From assembly GCF_001194135.2 (NCBI RefSeq), contig NC_068989.1, positions 92,534,475-92,598,474 of the forward strand: a stretch of 64,000 nucleotides of DNA. The letters run 5' to 3'. This document shows positions 63,662 to 64,000 of this stretch, piece after piece; position 1 is the first letter of the stretch, and every line of letters begins with the position of its first letter. Below the pieces are notes generated by a model that was given only the letters and a program-made list of their open reading frames with translations, did no database searches and was not told the DNA's origin. Both the position numbers and the translations under genes were made by a program. This stretch comes from Octopus bimaculoides (taxonomy: Eukaryota).

Positions 63662-64000
63662 TATAATTTCTTTCTATGTTCATAATTAAATAAATGTTTT
63701 AATGATTATNNNNNNNNNNNNNNNNNNNNNNNNNNNNNNNNNNNNNNNNNNNNNNNNNNNNNNNNNNNNNNNNNNNNNNNNNNNNNNNNNNNNNNNNNNN
63801 NNNNNNNNNNNNNNNNNNNNNNNNNNNNNNNNNNNNNNNNNNNNNNNNNNNNNNNNNNNNNNNNNNNNNNNNNNNNNNNNNNNNNNNNNNNNNNNNNNNN
63901 NNNNNNNNNNNNNNNNNNNNNNNNNNNNNNNNNNNNNNNNNNNNNNNNNNNNNNNNNNNNNNNNNNNNNNNNNNNNTATATATATATATATATATATATA

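Overview
AT-rich eukaryotic draft-assembly window with about 22 N-gaps, nearly all bounded by (TA)n/(CA)n/(GA)n microsatellites. The SINE families and extreme microsatellite load point to an octopod cephalopod (inference). No intact protein-coding gene is supportable, and most ORFs in the supplied track are microsatellite or gap artefacts. Real coding signal comes only from decayed mobile elements: two near-full-length Tc1/mariner elements plus a mariner 3' fragment, a pogo/Tigger fragment, a Helitron RepHel fragment, and two families of RLE-type non-LTR retrotransposon 3' ends (an R4/Dong-like copy in (TAA)n and a second family ending in (CATA)n). Many tRNA-derived SINEs are present. The main hidden signal is a set of hammerhead-ribozyme (HHR) motifs in at least four repeat contexts: (1) a 293-nt tandem retrozyme-like repeat; (2) a 245-bp palindrome with an HHR on each strand; (3) a tRNA-headed SINE whose body carries a minimal HHR; (4) a dispersed repeat with a CUGUUGA core variant. 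All were folded by eye and most copies carry at least one core deviation, so activity is untested. Other structure includes a 597-bp foldback, a 21-bp minisatellite packed with kappaB/STAT-like motifs that flips orientation, and a tandem tRNA-like array.
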